64,000 nucleotides of DNA from Euprymna scolopes (Eukaryota): assembly GCA_053919585.1 (NCBI GenBank), contig CM132802.1. One strand, 5' to 3'. The position numbers and the translations under genes were made by a program. Under the pieces are notes generated by a model. It was not told the DNA's origin, ran no database searches, and saw only the letters and a program-made list of their open reading frames with translations. Shown one piece after another: positions 26,601 through 39,370 of this stretch. Within the stretch, counting starts at the first letter, position 1; each line of letters starts with the position of its first letter.

Positions 26601-26954
26601 TCCATGTTGAAATGACCAAGGTTAACAAGTCTTCGCCTGTGCCTAACCATGTAACTAAGGCTAGTTTGGTCGTGTATATAAGCTGTGTCTGATCAAGTAT
26701 CCTAAGTTAGTTGTGTCTGACCGTGCAATGAGGGTTAATTTAGTCTGATGTAAGATCTAAATGATTGTGAAATGACCTTTTAAGGTCATTTCACATTAAA
26801 ATTTGCATATGAAAGGAGTGCCTGTGATAATAACGACGAATTGTGGAGAAGAAGACGAGTGTTTGGCAGTGAAGAGAACACATGGAAGTCAAGAAATTGT
26901 GCTAATTACGTGAATGTAGTGGAGGTGCTGCCATTTTTAAAATTTAGATTACAT

Positions 26955-27380
26955 ATACCATACATGAAGGGCTTGTCAGAAAAATAAGAGAATATGTAAT
27001 CCATGCAGTATCAAGACAGTATTTAGGAGCGATTCGACTCTTCTGAAACATCTTGTGCGAGTAAAGCCTCATATGGAAAATGTCACGACTAAGACCTGTA
27101 TGTATGAGATTCCATGTAAATGTGGAAAACTATACAAAGGTGAATCATGTCGTTCTCTAAAAGTGAGGTTAGAAGAACATCAAAAAATCGTGGAGAGATT
27201 TCAATGGCTGACCATATATGGAAGGAAAATGGAACCCATCCATCGTTATGGGGTGAAGTAAAAATTATAGACAAAGAATGGTGGAGAGTAAGACAACCCA
27301 AATAAGTAGTGCATATCCTGGATGACCATCAACTACTAAGCAAACCTAATATAGAATTAAACACGCTATAGGAACCATTC
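26955..27380 (+). mobile_element. Penelope-like element, GIY-YIG endonuclease remnant
   Basis: IPYMKGLSEKI...CMYEIPCKCGKLYKGESCRSLKVRLEEH. Confidence 0.8.
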
Positions 27381-27639
27381 AAAATCCTTTACACATGCAC
27401 TAAGAAATAAAGAAGATATATTACATATTGCACTATTATAGTATAACTTATTTTAGTTTAGAATTATAGTTAGAATAAGTTTAATCGTGATACAGATCGA
27501 TGGTAAAATTGATTTCTGATCAGTTGACGGGATTCCGAGTTGTGTACGAAACTGCTATAAAGCAACATAAATGAACTTCGAGGAAGAAGAAGCACAAAAA
27601 AGAGAAGATCAAGGCATGAAAGAAACAATGTTAATCGTA

Positions 27640-27795
27640 TATTTGATTATAGTTGATTATATTTGCTTACATTTGATTATAGTTGATTATATTTGCTTAC
27701 ATTTGATTATATTTGCTTACATTTGATTATATTTGGTTATATTTGATTATATTTGCTTACATTTGATTATATTTGATTATACTTGATTATAGTTT
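27640..27795. repeat. 10-bp degenerate tandem repeat
   Basis: ATTTGATTAT and ATTTGCTTAC units. Confidence 0.85.
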
Positions 27796-28889
27796 AAGCA
27801 AAAATTCATATCGATCGCGAACAATTGAAAGATAATGCACATGCTACGAAGATACCACGATTCGTACGAGTATAAATTACTTCATTGAATAGCATGGAAA
27901 ACAAAATATTTTATGCAAATGAGATATAGTGAAAACAAAATTAAAAGTAAGTGAATGCGGAATGCAATATAGTTTTTTCCTGTTTGGAGAGTTAATCTCT
28001 TTTTATAAGCACTGATAATAATAACTTATTCCAGAAAAATGCCTTATACGTTTCGAACCTGATATATATCTTGGTAGAAAACCGAAACAATTATATGTGA
28101 TTGATTAATGAATTCGTGAGAATTCGTTCCCTACATTGATGTGGTCTTTATAATATTACATTTATATAATATTACATTATAAAATTATGTATTTTATTCA
28201 ACATATTTTACAAATAGTCAACACCGGGAGGTTAGCGTTCGTACCTTATAAAGAAATATCAATAATCCTGGAATTGTTACTATTATTTCCAAGGTTTGAA
28301 TTACTTGAGATAAAAAGAAAACAAACGCAAGTAGAAATGTTAGAAACACGCGATAAAAATGATAAAATTTTTTTTAAAAAGCTGAAAAAGATAAGAAAAA
28401 TGGACAAAATCTGGTAATTTGTTTCTATTTGTAATGGTTTTTATTTATTCATTTATTTAGGAAAAGCCACACATGGAACTAATTATTGATAACACTTTTC
28501 GACTCATTATTTCTTCTGTCGAATCTTATCGAAAAGAGGATATTAAGTTTCGGAGACATTAATATTCCGAAGATAAGATTGGAGTTTTCGCGCGAAATCA
28601 TTATTCGCTCAAGAAGCAGAAACACACACATGGGCAAAGGCTAATCGCTTAATTCTGTAACACTCGTGCTTATCGCGAATATTATACACTAGATATAGAA
28701 ACAACAACAACAAAACAGATTTCACTGAGCAAATACATGAAATTAGTGAAGCAACCAAGAATTCCAAGATTTATTAACCATTTTGCAATTTCAAAGAAAA
28801 ACACAAGAATATAAGAAAGCTGATAAAACTACTAAAACATATTGTTAATGATTCTATGATTTACAATTAAAAAATTATTCGAAAGCAAA

Positions 28890-29700
28890 CTTCTTCTTCT
28901 TCTTCTTCTTATTATTCTTCTTCTTCTTCTTCTTCTTATTATTATTATTATATAACCACGAGGAGTACTTACAAGAGTAATCATGAAAAATTGTTCACTG
29001 ATAACAAGTTTTCCCAGATTTCCAGTACTTCCCACTTCTTTCAATAACCTTTGCAAATGAATTTACGTTGCAGCCTTCATTGGAATTTAGGTGAAACAAG
29101 CCTCTCCAATGTTCCAGTCCTCTTTGGACATATCAAGTGGAGGTCTGGTTAGTGCTTTCCCTCGTCAATGTTTTCTTGGCCCTTTCACAACTATTTGGGA
29201 GGGGGGTGAAGGTGTAGTTAATCAAAATTTTTTTCAGTTTTTTTGGTGCTGTATACTGTTCCTTTCTATTTTTTCGTTTTACTTGTGTTGCAGTTTCCAT
29301 ATGATCGATTAGCGTTTGTAGCGCATGTGAGTTGGTTTCCGCGTTCGAGATTTCTGCTGTTTTTAACATAATCGTCTGTTGTATAGTCTCAGTCTTCCCT
29401 TTGATTCCAATTTCTCCTAGTCTTTTCCCATGTTCTTTGGAACTCTTCCTAGTTCCCTACAATTATTGGTATTTTATTGATTTTCTTTATGTTCAATATT
29501 TTTTTCTGTTCTCTGGCAAATTCCGCATATTTGTTTCGTATTTCTGTCGCTTTGCTTTTCACTCTGTGATTACTAGTACAGAAAGATCTCCAATTATCTT
29601 CCTTACAATTTGAACCAATGAATTCGATGGAATTTAAATCATCTTCATCGTAATAATGTTCCTTGCCAGAATAATTATTTTTAGGAAGAAATTCATACGC
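28890..29700 (-). mobile_element. Decayed Dong/R4-like non-LTR element 3' end with (TAA)/(GAA)n tail
   Basis: CTGGAAATCTGGGAA(A/G)ACTT..TCA motif, also at ~13575-13616, followed by TAA repeats. Clade assignment is from recollection only. Confidence 0.4.
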
Positions 29701-30490
29701 ATTCGTATCTTTGTAGTGCAGAAGATGAAAAGGAAGATATTGCTAGTCAGTATCAGATATCGATTTGTCAAATGCATTTAGATTCAATATGAAAAATATG
29801 ACAACATAAAAATCATTTACTGAACAGAAGTCAGATTAAATACACAAAAACAGTTGAAAGTGGTGATAAGAAAGAGGCAAGCCCATGATGTATGTAACGT
29901 GAAGAAATGTGTTGGGGTGGCAAGGAAAGTATGTTTGGTAATAAGTAGAGTGTGAGAAAAAATGATTAATGAAAGGATAAGTAGTGAGTGTGTTGACGAA
30001 AGGGAGTTGTATATGCTGATGGGTGGAAGAAGGAAGAAAGGAGGAATGGATTAGAGTTGGTGAGAGGAAGCGGAAAACTGGAGAAAGGAAAATGGAAAAA
30101 TGGAAGCAACACAAAAAATAAGGAAATGCATTAATGAAATCAGTGGAAAGTAAGAAAGAAAGAAAGCATTTCGGAAGTAAACGGCGAATATAAGTCAATG
30201 GAATTTGATCATTGGGTTTTAAACTACATTAAAACTTTACATTTCGTACACTAATTGTGCTATTTGAAAAATATTCAGCGTTTGGTGGAGGTGTTTTTTT
30301 TAGTATTCAATGAGTCGTAGTGGTTTTGGGTTTATTATTTTGGGGCATTAAATTTGTGGTTTAAAGTTGATAGGTATGAGATCAATGTATTCTTGATGTT
30401 TTATGATTCTGTTATTTTCATAAATTCTTTGAAATGCCAAAACATATTTACAAATATTTTGTGAAGAAGAAGGAGAGCATAAAAACTTAC

Positions 30491-30647
30491 CTGTCAGCTT
30501 CTTGCACTCTGAAATCTGTGATAAATCTCAGCAAGTAAGACGCCATATACATGGATAAGACACCAAAGTCCATAAAATTGTAGTAGTCCGTTAAATAAGA
30601 CCTAGCTCCAGTATTGTAGATTTGTTTGCACTCCATCCATAATAAAC
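30491..30647 (-). CDS. TRPC channel exon E (S2-S3)
   Basis: ttttatag|(G)LLWMECKQIYNTGARSYLTDYYNFMDFGVLSMYMASYLLRF...EAD(R)|gtaagt; 157 nt, phase 1-2. Confidence 0.95.
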
Positions 30648-30899
30648 CTATAAAACGAAACATTACAATCATTCAAATTAGTTATTTTCTTNNNNNNNNN
30701 NNNNNNNNNNNNNNNNNNNNNNNNNNNNNNNNNNNNNNNNNNNNNNNNNNNNNNNNNNNNNNNNNNNNNNNNNNNNNNNNNNNNNNNNNNNNNNNNNNNN
30801 NNNNNNNNNNNNNNNNNNNNNNNNNNNNNNNNNNNTATGGTAATTATGCTACACAAAATATTTCGCGTTTCAGTCTCGTGAAAATTCGTCAGGCTTATG

Positions 30900-30971
<72 letters not shown>

Positions 30972-31035
30972 GGCTATGTAAAGACTAAATTTAAACTTGT
31001 TCGAAAACATTATTTATTTAAAAAAATTAAATGTG

Positions 31036-31072
31036 TCAGCTGACCGGTTTCGAAGCTCGCTCAACAGAGCTA
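31036..31072 (-). ncRNA. Degenerate type I hammerhead motif
   Basis: TAGCT-CTGTTGA-gcgagcttc-GAAACCGGTC-AGCTG; stem I, palindromic stem III and GUC site are present, but the core has an A>T change and stem II is broken. Confidence 0.35.
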
Positions 31073-31863
31073 AAATCGAACTTAATTACGTTTTAAAAAG
31101 AAAAGGCGGGGGGGGGGTGAACAATGAATCGGAGATGAAAAAGTAGGGGGGGAATATATGTATATAAAAAAAAAGGGGGGATGAATTAATTATTAAATAG
31201 AAACTAGATTAAGCCCTAAGAGATTCACTTTTTGTTTGCGAAGAGAAGGTCTCAGAGTCTTAATATATATAGTTTCTAGAATTTTAAGATGATAAAGAGA
31301 GTGCGACTTACTAAGGATGGAAAATAATCGGCACTAAAGTTCAAAGCGCAAATACGATTAATTAAATGACTAAAATGGATTTTTCAAAACATAACTTAAA
31401 CCCTTCTCCCCTCCCAAAAGAGGAATATTTTAGCTTGTATTTTCTGTGAAAAAAGCATTCAGGAATCGAACGTTAATTAACTCGCATTTAATACTAGATT
31501 AACAGGACGTCTATTTCCAAACATTTTCCACAGCATTTAACTTTATGTCATTTATATAACATAATACATTCAATTGTGCCATTATAATTTCGTTACGTCC
31601 GGTAACATCATTTAATAGACGTTTACTTGAATTTGAACCATACACAGTGCTCATTGAATGATACTCTTAGTTGCTAGTCTTTCTCTGCTTTCTCGTTATT
31701 TTTTTGGAAGATGTTTGATTGAACTCCAATCTGATGTTCCCCCGTGTAAAACATTCACTTATGAAAATTGAAAATAATTTTGACTTCTTTTACTGTGTTC
31801 ATGGCATCAAGCGAAATTTCCATCGACATAATTTCATTACAAAAACTTTTTATCTGTGTAACA

Positions 31864-31933
<70 letters not shown>

Positions 31934-33045
31934 CACTGAAGTGCTTTCTTGCACACCATAAGATGATTGCCTTCAAGTCCAATGTCTACAAATGCTTACC
32001 ATAAACTATCAATAAAGAAATGTTGTTCATTTCATTCATTATTTCCAATCTCCTCATCATTCGATTAACAAATTAACCATCTCATTAATCTCTATTCTCG
32101 AGCCGCTTTTAGACTTAATAAGCGGTGACACATTAGTTAAAAAAAGTTAACGTGTATAACTGGCAAGGCATTTGCTTAATAAAATCAATGCCAAATTCTG
32201 TTTTAAACAAAATTAAATTCAAACAGAAAGTTATAGAAATCTTGTGAAAAAATATTTCATAGAAATTATCGACACGTTTTACATGATTCCGCTTCTTAAA
32301 TAAGTTGTTGTTGATGATGCTGTCGTTGTTGTTGATGATGATGTTAGCAATTCTTTTACATGGAATTTACGTGTTGGAAGTCATTTCATTAAATAAAGAA
32401 CATTTTAATTGGATGGACTACTCTTTCGATACTAACTAAGACAATAGGAACTTGTATGTTTTTTTTTCTCAAAACATCAACTTTAGGTGATTGCCAATCA
32501 AAACTAATAAGTGATTCATCCCTCTCCTCCCAACGAAATTTCTTTTTGCGCGCACGTGCGCGTTTGTTTTACAGAATTCAAACTAAGTAAAGAAAGAAAA
32601 GACAAAAATGTTTCTTTAAAAAACAAAAACAAAAAAATATGTAAAAACGGATTTGGATACTGAGAGAATTTTCTCTGAAATATTTACTCGTAAGTGTGAT
32701 ATCATTAACACTTTCTAGTCATAAAGTGGGGGGTAATTTTATATTAAATCTATATACGTAAGTGGTCCCTCACTCCAAAGTATAGATGATGTTTTTAATT
32801 AATATTTTGTAGATATTTACTCAGACAGATAATTTTGTTTTAGAAGAATTACATATGTTGGTGAAAATTAAAGAAAAGTTGTTTCATCTTTTTAAATAAG
32901 AAAAAACTAAAAAAAAAAGACTTTTAAATGTTTAATTGTGGGTTCAGTTTTTGATGTAAATTAAATTGAATGCAATGTTATCTAAGCTAGACATAACGAA
33001 ATAACTCAATGGAAGTGTTACGACAAATACTTTGGCATCTTTGAA

Positions 33046-35965
33046 TGTACAACAGCAAATGAGTGAAGTGTACAACAGCAAATGAGTGAAGTGTACAACA
33101 GCAAATGAGTGAAGTGTACAACAGCAAATGAGTGAAGTGTACAACAGCAAATGAGTGAAGTGTACAACAGCAAATGAGTGAAGTGTACAGCAGCAAATGA
33201 GTGAACTGTACAACAGCAAATGAGTGAAGTGTACAACAGCAAATGAGTGAAGTGTACAACACCAAATGAGTGAAGTGTACAGCAGCAAATGAGTGAAGTG
33301 TACAACTCCAAATGAGTGAAGTGTACAACAGCAAATGAGTGAAGTGTACAACACCAAATGAGTGAAGTGTACAACACCAAATGAGTGAAGTGTACAACAG
33401 CAAATGAGTGAAGTGTACAACACCAAATGAGTGAACTGTACAACAGCAAATGAGTGGAGTGTACAACAGCAAATGAGTAAAGTGTACAACACCAAATGAG
33501 TGAAGTGTACAGCAGCAAATGAGTGAAGTGTACAACACCAAATGAGTGAAGTGTACAACAGCAAATGAGTGAAGTGTACAACACCAAATGAGTGAAATGT
33601 ACAGCAGCAAATGAGTGAAGTGTACAACGGCAAATGAGTGAAGTGTACAGCAGCAAATGAGTGGAGTGTACAACAGCAAATGAGTGAAGTGTACAACAGC
33701 AAATGAGTGGAGTGTACAACAGCAAATGAGTGAAGTGTACAGCAGCAAATGAGTGGAGTGTACAACACCAAATGAGTGAAGTGTACAACAGCAAATGAGT
33801 GGAGTGTACAACAGCAAATGAGTGAAGTGTACAACACCAAATAAGTGAAGTGTACAGCAGCAAATGAGTGAAGTGTACAACACCAAATGAGTGAAGTGTA
33901 CAGCAGCAAATGAGTGAACTGTACAACAGCAAATGAGTGGAGTGTACAACAGCAAATGAGTGAAGTGTACAACACCAAATGAGTGAAGTGTACAACAGCA
34001 AATGAGTGGAGTGTACAACACCAAATGAGTGAAGTGTACAGCAGCAAATGAGTGAAGTGTACAACACCAAATGAGTGAAGTGTACAACAGCAAATGAGTG
34101 AAGTGAACAACACCAAATGAGTGAAGTGTACAACAGCAAATGAGTGAAGTGTACAACACCAAATGAGTGAAGTGTACAACACCAAATGAGTGGAGTGTAC
34201 AACAGCAAATGAGTGAAGTGTACAACACCAAATGAGTGAAGTGTACAGCAGCAAATGAGTGAAGTGTACAACACCAAATGAGTGAAGTGTACAACAGCAA
34301 ATGAGTGAAGTGTACAACAGCAAATGAGTGAAGTGTACAACAGCAAATGAGTGAAGTGTACAGCAGCAAATGAGTGAACTGTACAACAGCAAATGAGTGG
34401 AGTGTACAACAGCAAATGAGTGAAGTGTACAACACCAAATGAGTGAAGTGTACAGCAGCAAATGAGTGAACTGTACAACAGCAAATGAGTGGAGTGTACA
34501 ACACCAAATGAGTGAAATGTACAGCAGCAAATGAGTGAAGTGTACAACACCAAATGAGTGAAGTGTACAACAGCAAATGAGTGAAGTGTACAACACCAAA
34601 TGAGTGAAGTGTACAACAGCAAATGAGTGAAGTGTACAACAGCAAATGAGTGAACTGTACAACAGCAAATGAGTGAAGTGTACAACAGCAAATGAGTGAA
34701 GTGTACAACAGCAAATGAGTGAACTGTACAACAGCAAATGAGTGAACTGTACAACAGCAAATGAGTGAACTGTACAACAGCAAATGAGTGAAGTGTACAA
34801 CAGCAAATGAGTGAACTGTACAACAGCAAATGAGTGAACTGTACAACAGCAAATGAGTGAAGTGTACAACACCAAATGAGTGAAGTGTACAACAGCAAAT
34901 GAGTGAAGTGTACAACAGCAAATGAGTGAACTGTACAACAGCAAATGAGTGAAGTGTACAACAGCAAATGAGTGAAGTGTACAACAGCAAATGAGTGAAC
35001 TGTACAACAGCAAATGAGTGAACTGTACAACAGCAAATGAGTGAACTGTACAACAGCAAATGAGTGAAGTGTACAACAGCAAATGAGTGGAGTGTACAAC
35101 AGCAAATGAGTGAAGTGTACAGCAGCAAATGAGTGAAGTGTACAGCAGCGAATGAGTGAAGTGTACAACAGCAAATGAGTGAACTGTACAACAGCAAATG
35201 AGTGAAGTGTACAACAGCAAATGAGTGGAGTGTACAACAGCAAATGAGTGAAGTGTACAGCAGCAAATGAGTGAAATGTACAGCAGCAAATGAGTGAAGT
35301 GTACAACAGCAAATGAGTGAACTGTACAACAGCAAATGAGTGGAGTGTACAACAGCAAATGAGTGAACTGTACAACAGCAAATGAGTGAAGTGTACAACA
35401 GCAAATGAGTGGAGTGTACAACAGCAAATGAGTGAACTGTACAACAGCAAATGAGTGACGTGTACAGCAGCAAATGAGTGGAGTGTACAACAGCAAATGA
35501 GTGAAGTGTACAGCAGCAAATGAGTGAAGTGTACAGCAGCAAATGAGTGGAGTGTACAACAGCAAATGAGTGAAGTGTACAGCAGCAAATGAGTGAAGTG
35601 TACAACACCAAATGAGTGAAGTGTACAGCAGCAAATGAGTGAAGTGTACAGCAGCAAATGAGTGAAGTGTACAGCACCAAATGAGTGGAGTGTACAACAG
35701 CAAATTAGTGAAGTGTACAGCAGCAAATGAGTGACGTGTACAGCAGCAAATGAGTGAAGTGTACAGCATTAAATTAGTGAAGTGTACAGCAGCAAATGAG
35801 TGAAGTGTACAACACCAAATGAGTGAAGTGTACAACAGCAAATGAGTGAAGTGTACAGCAGCAAATGAGTGAAGTGTACAACAGCAAATGAGTGAAGTGT
35901 ACAGCAGCAAATGAGTGAAGTGTACAGCAGCAAATGAGTGAAGTGTACAACAGCAGATGAGTGAA
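33046..35965. repeat. 23-bp minisatellite, ~127 copies
   Basis: Unit GTACAACAGCAAATGAGTGAAGT with recurrent variants. It accounts for the three ~900-aa minus-strand ORFs. Confidence 0.98.
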
Positions 35966-37668
35966 AAAAAAGATGAGATGATAAAAACAACACCTCAAAA
36001 AATTGGAAAACGTATTCAAATTATTAAACAGAAAAGTAATGAAAGAAATGAACGCTTTTTTTCTTTTAAGATACTCAGCACGCTTTATAAACTAAACAAA
36101 AGAAGAACTCGGGAATTTGGCTCACAGAACTAAAAAAAACAATTATTATGTACGGATCAGTACACCAAACTGATGATGCTAACTTTATAAAAAAGGAAAG
36201 AAGTGAGGAGATGAGCCGTAAGCATGTGAAATTGGGCAGATGCCACAATTAAACGATTAGAAATCCATTTTTTTACTTAATTTATTTGATTCGTAGCAGG
36301 CACCGCCAAAAATGGCCGAAAAATCAAGTTGTTGTTGTTTTTTAAAACGAAATTACATTTATTAAAATCCATTATTTCTGAGTAACTTTTTTTTCCAGAA
36401 AGATAAAACCATGAATTTTATTATATAGAAAGCAGAATAATGTAAAACTTTTTCTACTATTTTAAATTAAATTTTAAATTTTCCCCAAAAGTTAACAATT
36501 GGCGTTTTTTTGTTTTGCACAAAAAACGTATATAAATAGTTAAAAAAAAAAAGTTTTTTTAAAGAATTGATTTGTTTATTTCTTGTCTAACTAAGATTTA
36601 GGGCGATTTTCTATGAGAATATGCAAAAATATTATAATATAAGTACCTGGATTTCAAATAATTCCACTTATTCATATACACAACTAGTTACTTCGAGTCG
36701 ATTTGATTACTGTTTACATTTGTACTTGATAAAAAGCAAACTACGGAAGACCAAACAGGCCAAAAAAAACTTATTTTTCAGTGACGAAAATTTCAATGTA
36801 TTATTAACGCTGAGGCTGGCCAGTACCAGATGGGTGACCATTTGTATGGGTTTGGTTTTTAATGTGTATGTGTGTGGGGGCTAGGCTCTCCAAAATGGGG
36901 AGGGAGCAATTTAAAGCAGAATAAAAAAATTATTTTAGCGCGTTTGGTCCACCGTAGTCGAAAGGCGGCAAACGTTTCCAAACTTGATCGAAAAAATAAT
37001 GATATTTTTAACACAAAGGGCACAATATTTATCGAAATTTTTTTTTGTATCGATTCTTCAAAGTATGCCCTGTTTAATAATGGTCATGCATTATTCGGCT
37101 CACTAAAAAGAAATTGTTAATTTATTTATCCAAAATTTTAAAATGGCTTTTTTCGTATAGATATAAAAAAATTTTTTTTTTTTTGCTTAACTTAAATTAA
37201 TTATTTTACTTAATATAATCACCGAATTTCACACTTAAAAACTCAGAAGCGGGATAATTAAACACAATCGAAGTTCTGATATTCAGACGTCAAAATAAGG
37301 TATGCAAACAAGTTTGCTTTTTGTTTTTTTTTAAATCTATAATCCCGTCCCTTACAACAACACAATATGTTTTGGTCAGTTTCAGATGATTATTTTAAGC
37401 ATATTTGGAACCCCCTCAAAACAAGGGGGGTTTGTAAGCAAAAAAAAAAAAATATATATATATAAATATTGTTTATGAAAAATAAGTGCACTGTTATAAA
37501 GTTCATTCTTCTCTTAATAATCGCTGAAAATTTCCTATTGATTGGATAATTACCTGATTTTTGGTAGATTTTTAAAAAGACGGTCCGTCAAAAAGTACTT
37601 ATCTGCCCCCACCCACCCCTCAGTTTTGGCGGTGCCTAATTCATAGCAAAGAAGAAGCTTCAACTGAC

Positions 37669-37930
37669 CTAGTATCCAAAATACAATACATATCTGTACA
37701 TGGGTGAGCAGAGTGTTTGCCGGTCGTAGGGTTTCTTTAAGTAAACTGTGTGTCCGCTCCTGGTGGGGCATGTTCATATGTTGAATTGAGTTCAGTTCAT
37801 CTGTGGTACTTATGTGGACTGCATTCTCCGTAAGTCGGAACGTCGCTGCTGCCAGCAAGATGAGGAAACAGATGTGAGAAGCTGTATGAGTAACAAATTT
37901 GATCACCGGACATCTCATGACAGCGCTCGC
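37669..37930 (-). CDS. TRPC channel exon D (S1, S1-S2 loop, start of S2)
   Basis: tttgcag|ASAVMRCPVIKFVTHTASHICFLILL...IVFWIL G|gtcagt; 262 nt, phase 0-1. Confidence 0.93.
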
Positions 37931-38370
37931 CTGCAAATAGATGAAAAAAAGGAAAACAGATTTACAAAAAGCTTACCGATAATATTCAAATGAAACATCT
38001 GCAATAAAAACTGTTTATATTTTGAAAGGCTGTAAAAATGCGGGAAGATGTGGCACCGGGAAAACTGAACAAAGAAAAAGAAACAAAAAACAAACAAACA
38101 AACAAAAAAGCAAGAAAAAAAAAAACAAACGAAAAATGACTGTAAAACAAACTACGGTATGTGTGTATTTTTTTTTGTTGTTTACTAATTATTCGCTCGA
38201 TTTATAAAGTATACACTGGTGGAATTCAAATATTTTGAAGCATCACCTCTTTATCAAAGTTACGTAGTTGTGTACAATCGTATGTGCAAGTAGTACAGTA
38301 AAATTAGTCCATGAGTCAATAGGTCGCAACGTATGGAAGCTAAAAGCCACCTGAGGATAAGGGTTTGTAG

Positions 38371-38419
<49 letters not shown>

Positions 38420-38822
38420 CCCCCCCCCCAAAAAAAAAAGCAGATTGTTATTGAGGCGTAAGGAGTCACTGTAAATAAGGGGCTGGATTTACAGGGTATG
38501 CTAAGTGAGAGTTGACAGCTAGATGTTTTTTCACATTATATTTCAGTTTATGTATGTTATCACACCCAGGAAAACAATGAAGAGGGACAGAAATCCAAAT
38601 CAGTTTGAGGAAAGAAATTATTAGAGTAGAAATCTTTCTGGCATAAAATGTGCGTCTAAAAGTTATATTTTTCGTCGTTATCAAGCGGTTTAATGTAGTG
38701 TTATGCCCAAATGACAGATAATTTTGCTTTTAAATACGAGTATCTCTTTACCTATGCCATAACACACATGGAAAAAGTCGAAGTACGCATCAGTCAAAAA
38801 GTAACATAAACGTTCTACCCAC

Positions 38823-38990
38823 CTTACTGTTTGGAGCGATGATGTAAGCTGCACAAAAGAACGGCACAAAAGGAATATAAATAATTCCAAAGATGAGTTT
38901 CCGCCACCAATTTAAAGACTGAAGGAATCCCATTTCAGATCCATACCAAATACTCGTCATGTGTTGCTGACAGTTGGGATGTGCCACAAA
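38823..38990 (-). CDS. TRPC channel exon C (pre-S1 region)
   Basis: ttttcaag|FVAHPNCQQHMTSIWY...CAAYIIAPNSK|gtgggt; 168 nt, phase 0-0. FVAHPNCQQ is a TRPC hallmark. Confidence 0.95.
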
Positions 38991-39016
38991 CTTGAAAATA
39001 AAATGAACAAGCAATT

Positions 39017-39205
39017 CAGAATCATGTCAGAACTAAGTTAGAATCATATCATAATCACATTAGAATCATGTCAGAATCATGTTAGAATCATATCATAATC
39101 ACATTAGAATCATGTCAGAATCATGTTAGAATAATATCATAATCACATTAGAATCATGTCAGAATCATGTTAGAATCATATCATAATCATACTATAATCA
39201 TATCA
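39017..39205. repeat. 11-bp repeat arranged in a 44-bp higher-order unit
   Basis: CATAATCACATTAGAATCATGTCAGAATCATGTTAGAATCATAT x~3-4. Confidence 0.85.
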
Positions 39206-39330
39206 AAAATATGTTAAGAACAACCAATAACAAATACTAGTACTGCATTTTATTTTGTAACACAATAGAGTTCGAATCTCTGTATCGGTCACTTAGTTTA
39301 TTATAAAGAATCTCGAGATAAATAAGATGT

Positions 39331-39370
39331 ACCTGAAGATGATCGGAATTCGTATCGACCGAAACGTTAT
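39331..39370 (+). ncRNA. Penelope-type minimal hammerhead ribozyme motif
   Basis: CCTGAAGA-t-GATCG(gaattcgtat)CGACC-GAAACGTTA followed by AATAAA. Core intact, one mismatch in stem II, stem I not evident. Confidence 0.5.

Noticed and set aside
27516-27557. CTGATCA...GAAAC downstream of the Penelope fragment
   Set aside because: Core mismatch and no convincing stem II.
32944-36019. Three 897-988 aa Cys/His-rich ORFs
   Set aside because: All are translations of a 23-bp tandem repeat lacking stops on one strand. They give the same peptide in every frame and lie inside a TRPC intron.
36803-36845. 5S rRNA-like snippet (CCAGTACCAGATGGGTGACC)
   Set aside because: Too short and diverged to call a 5S gene or SINE3 without a search.
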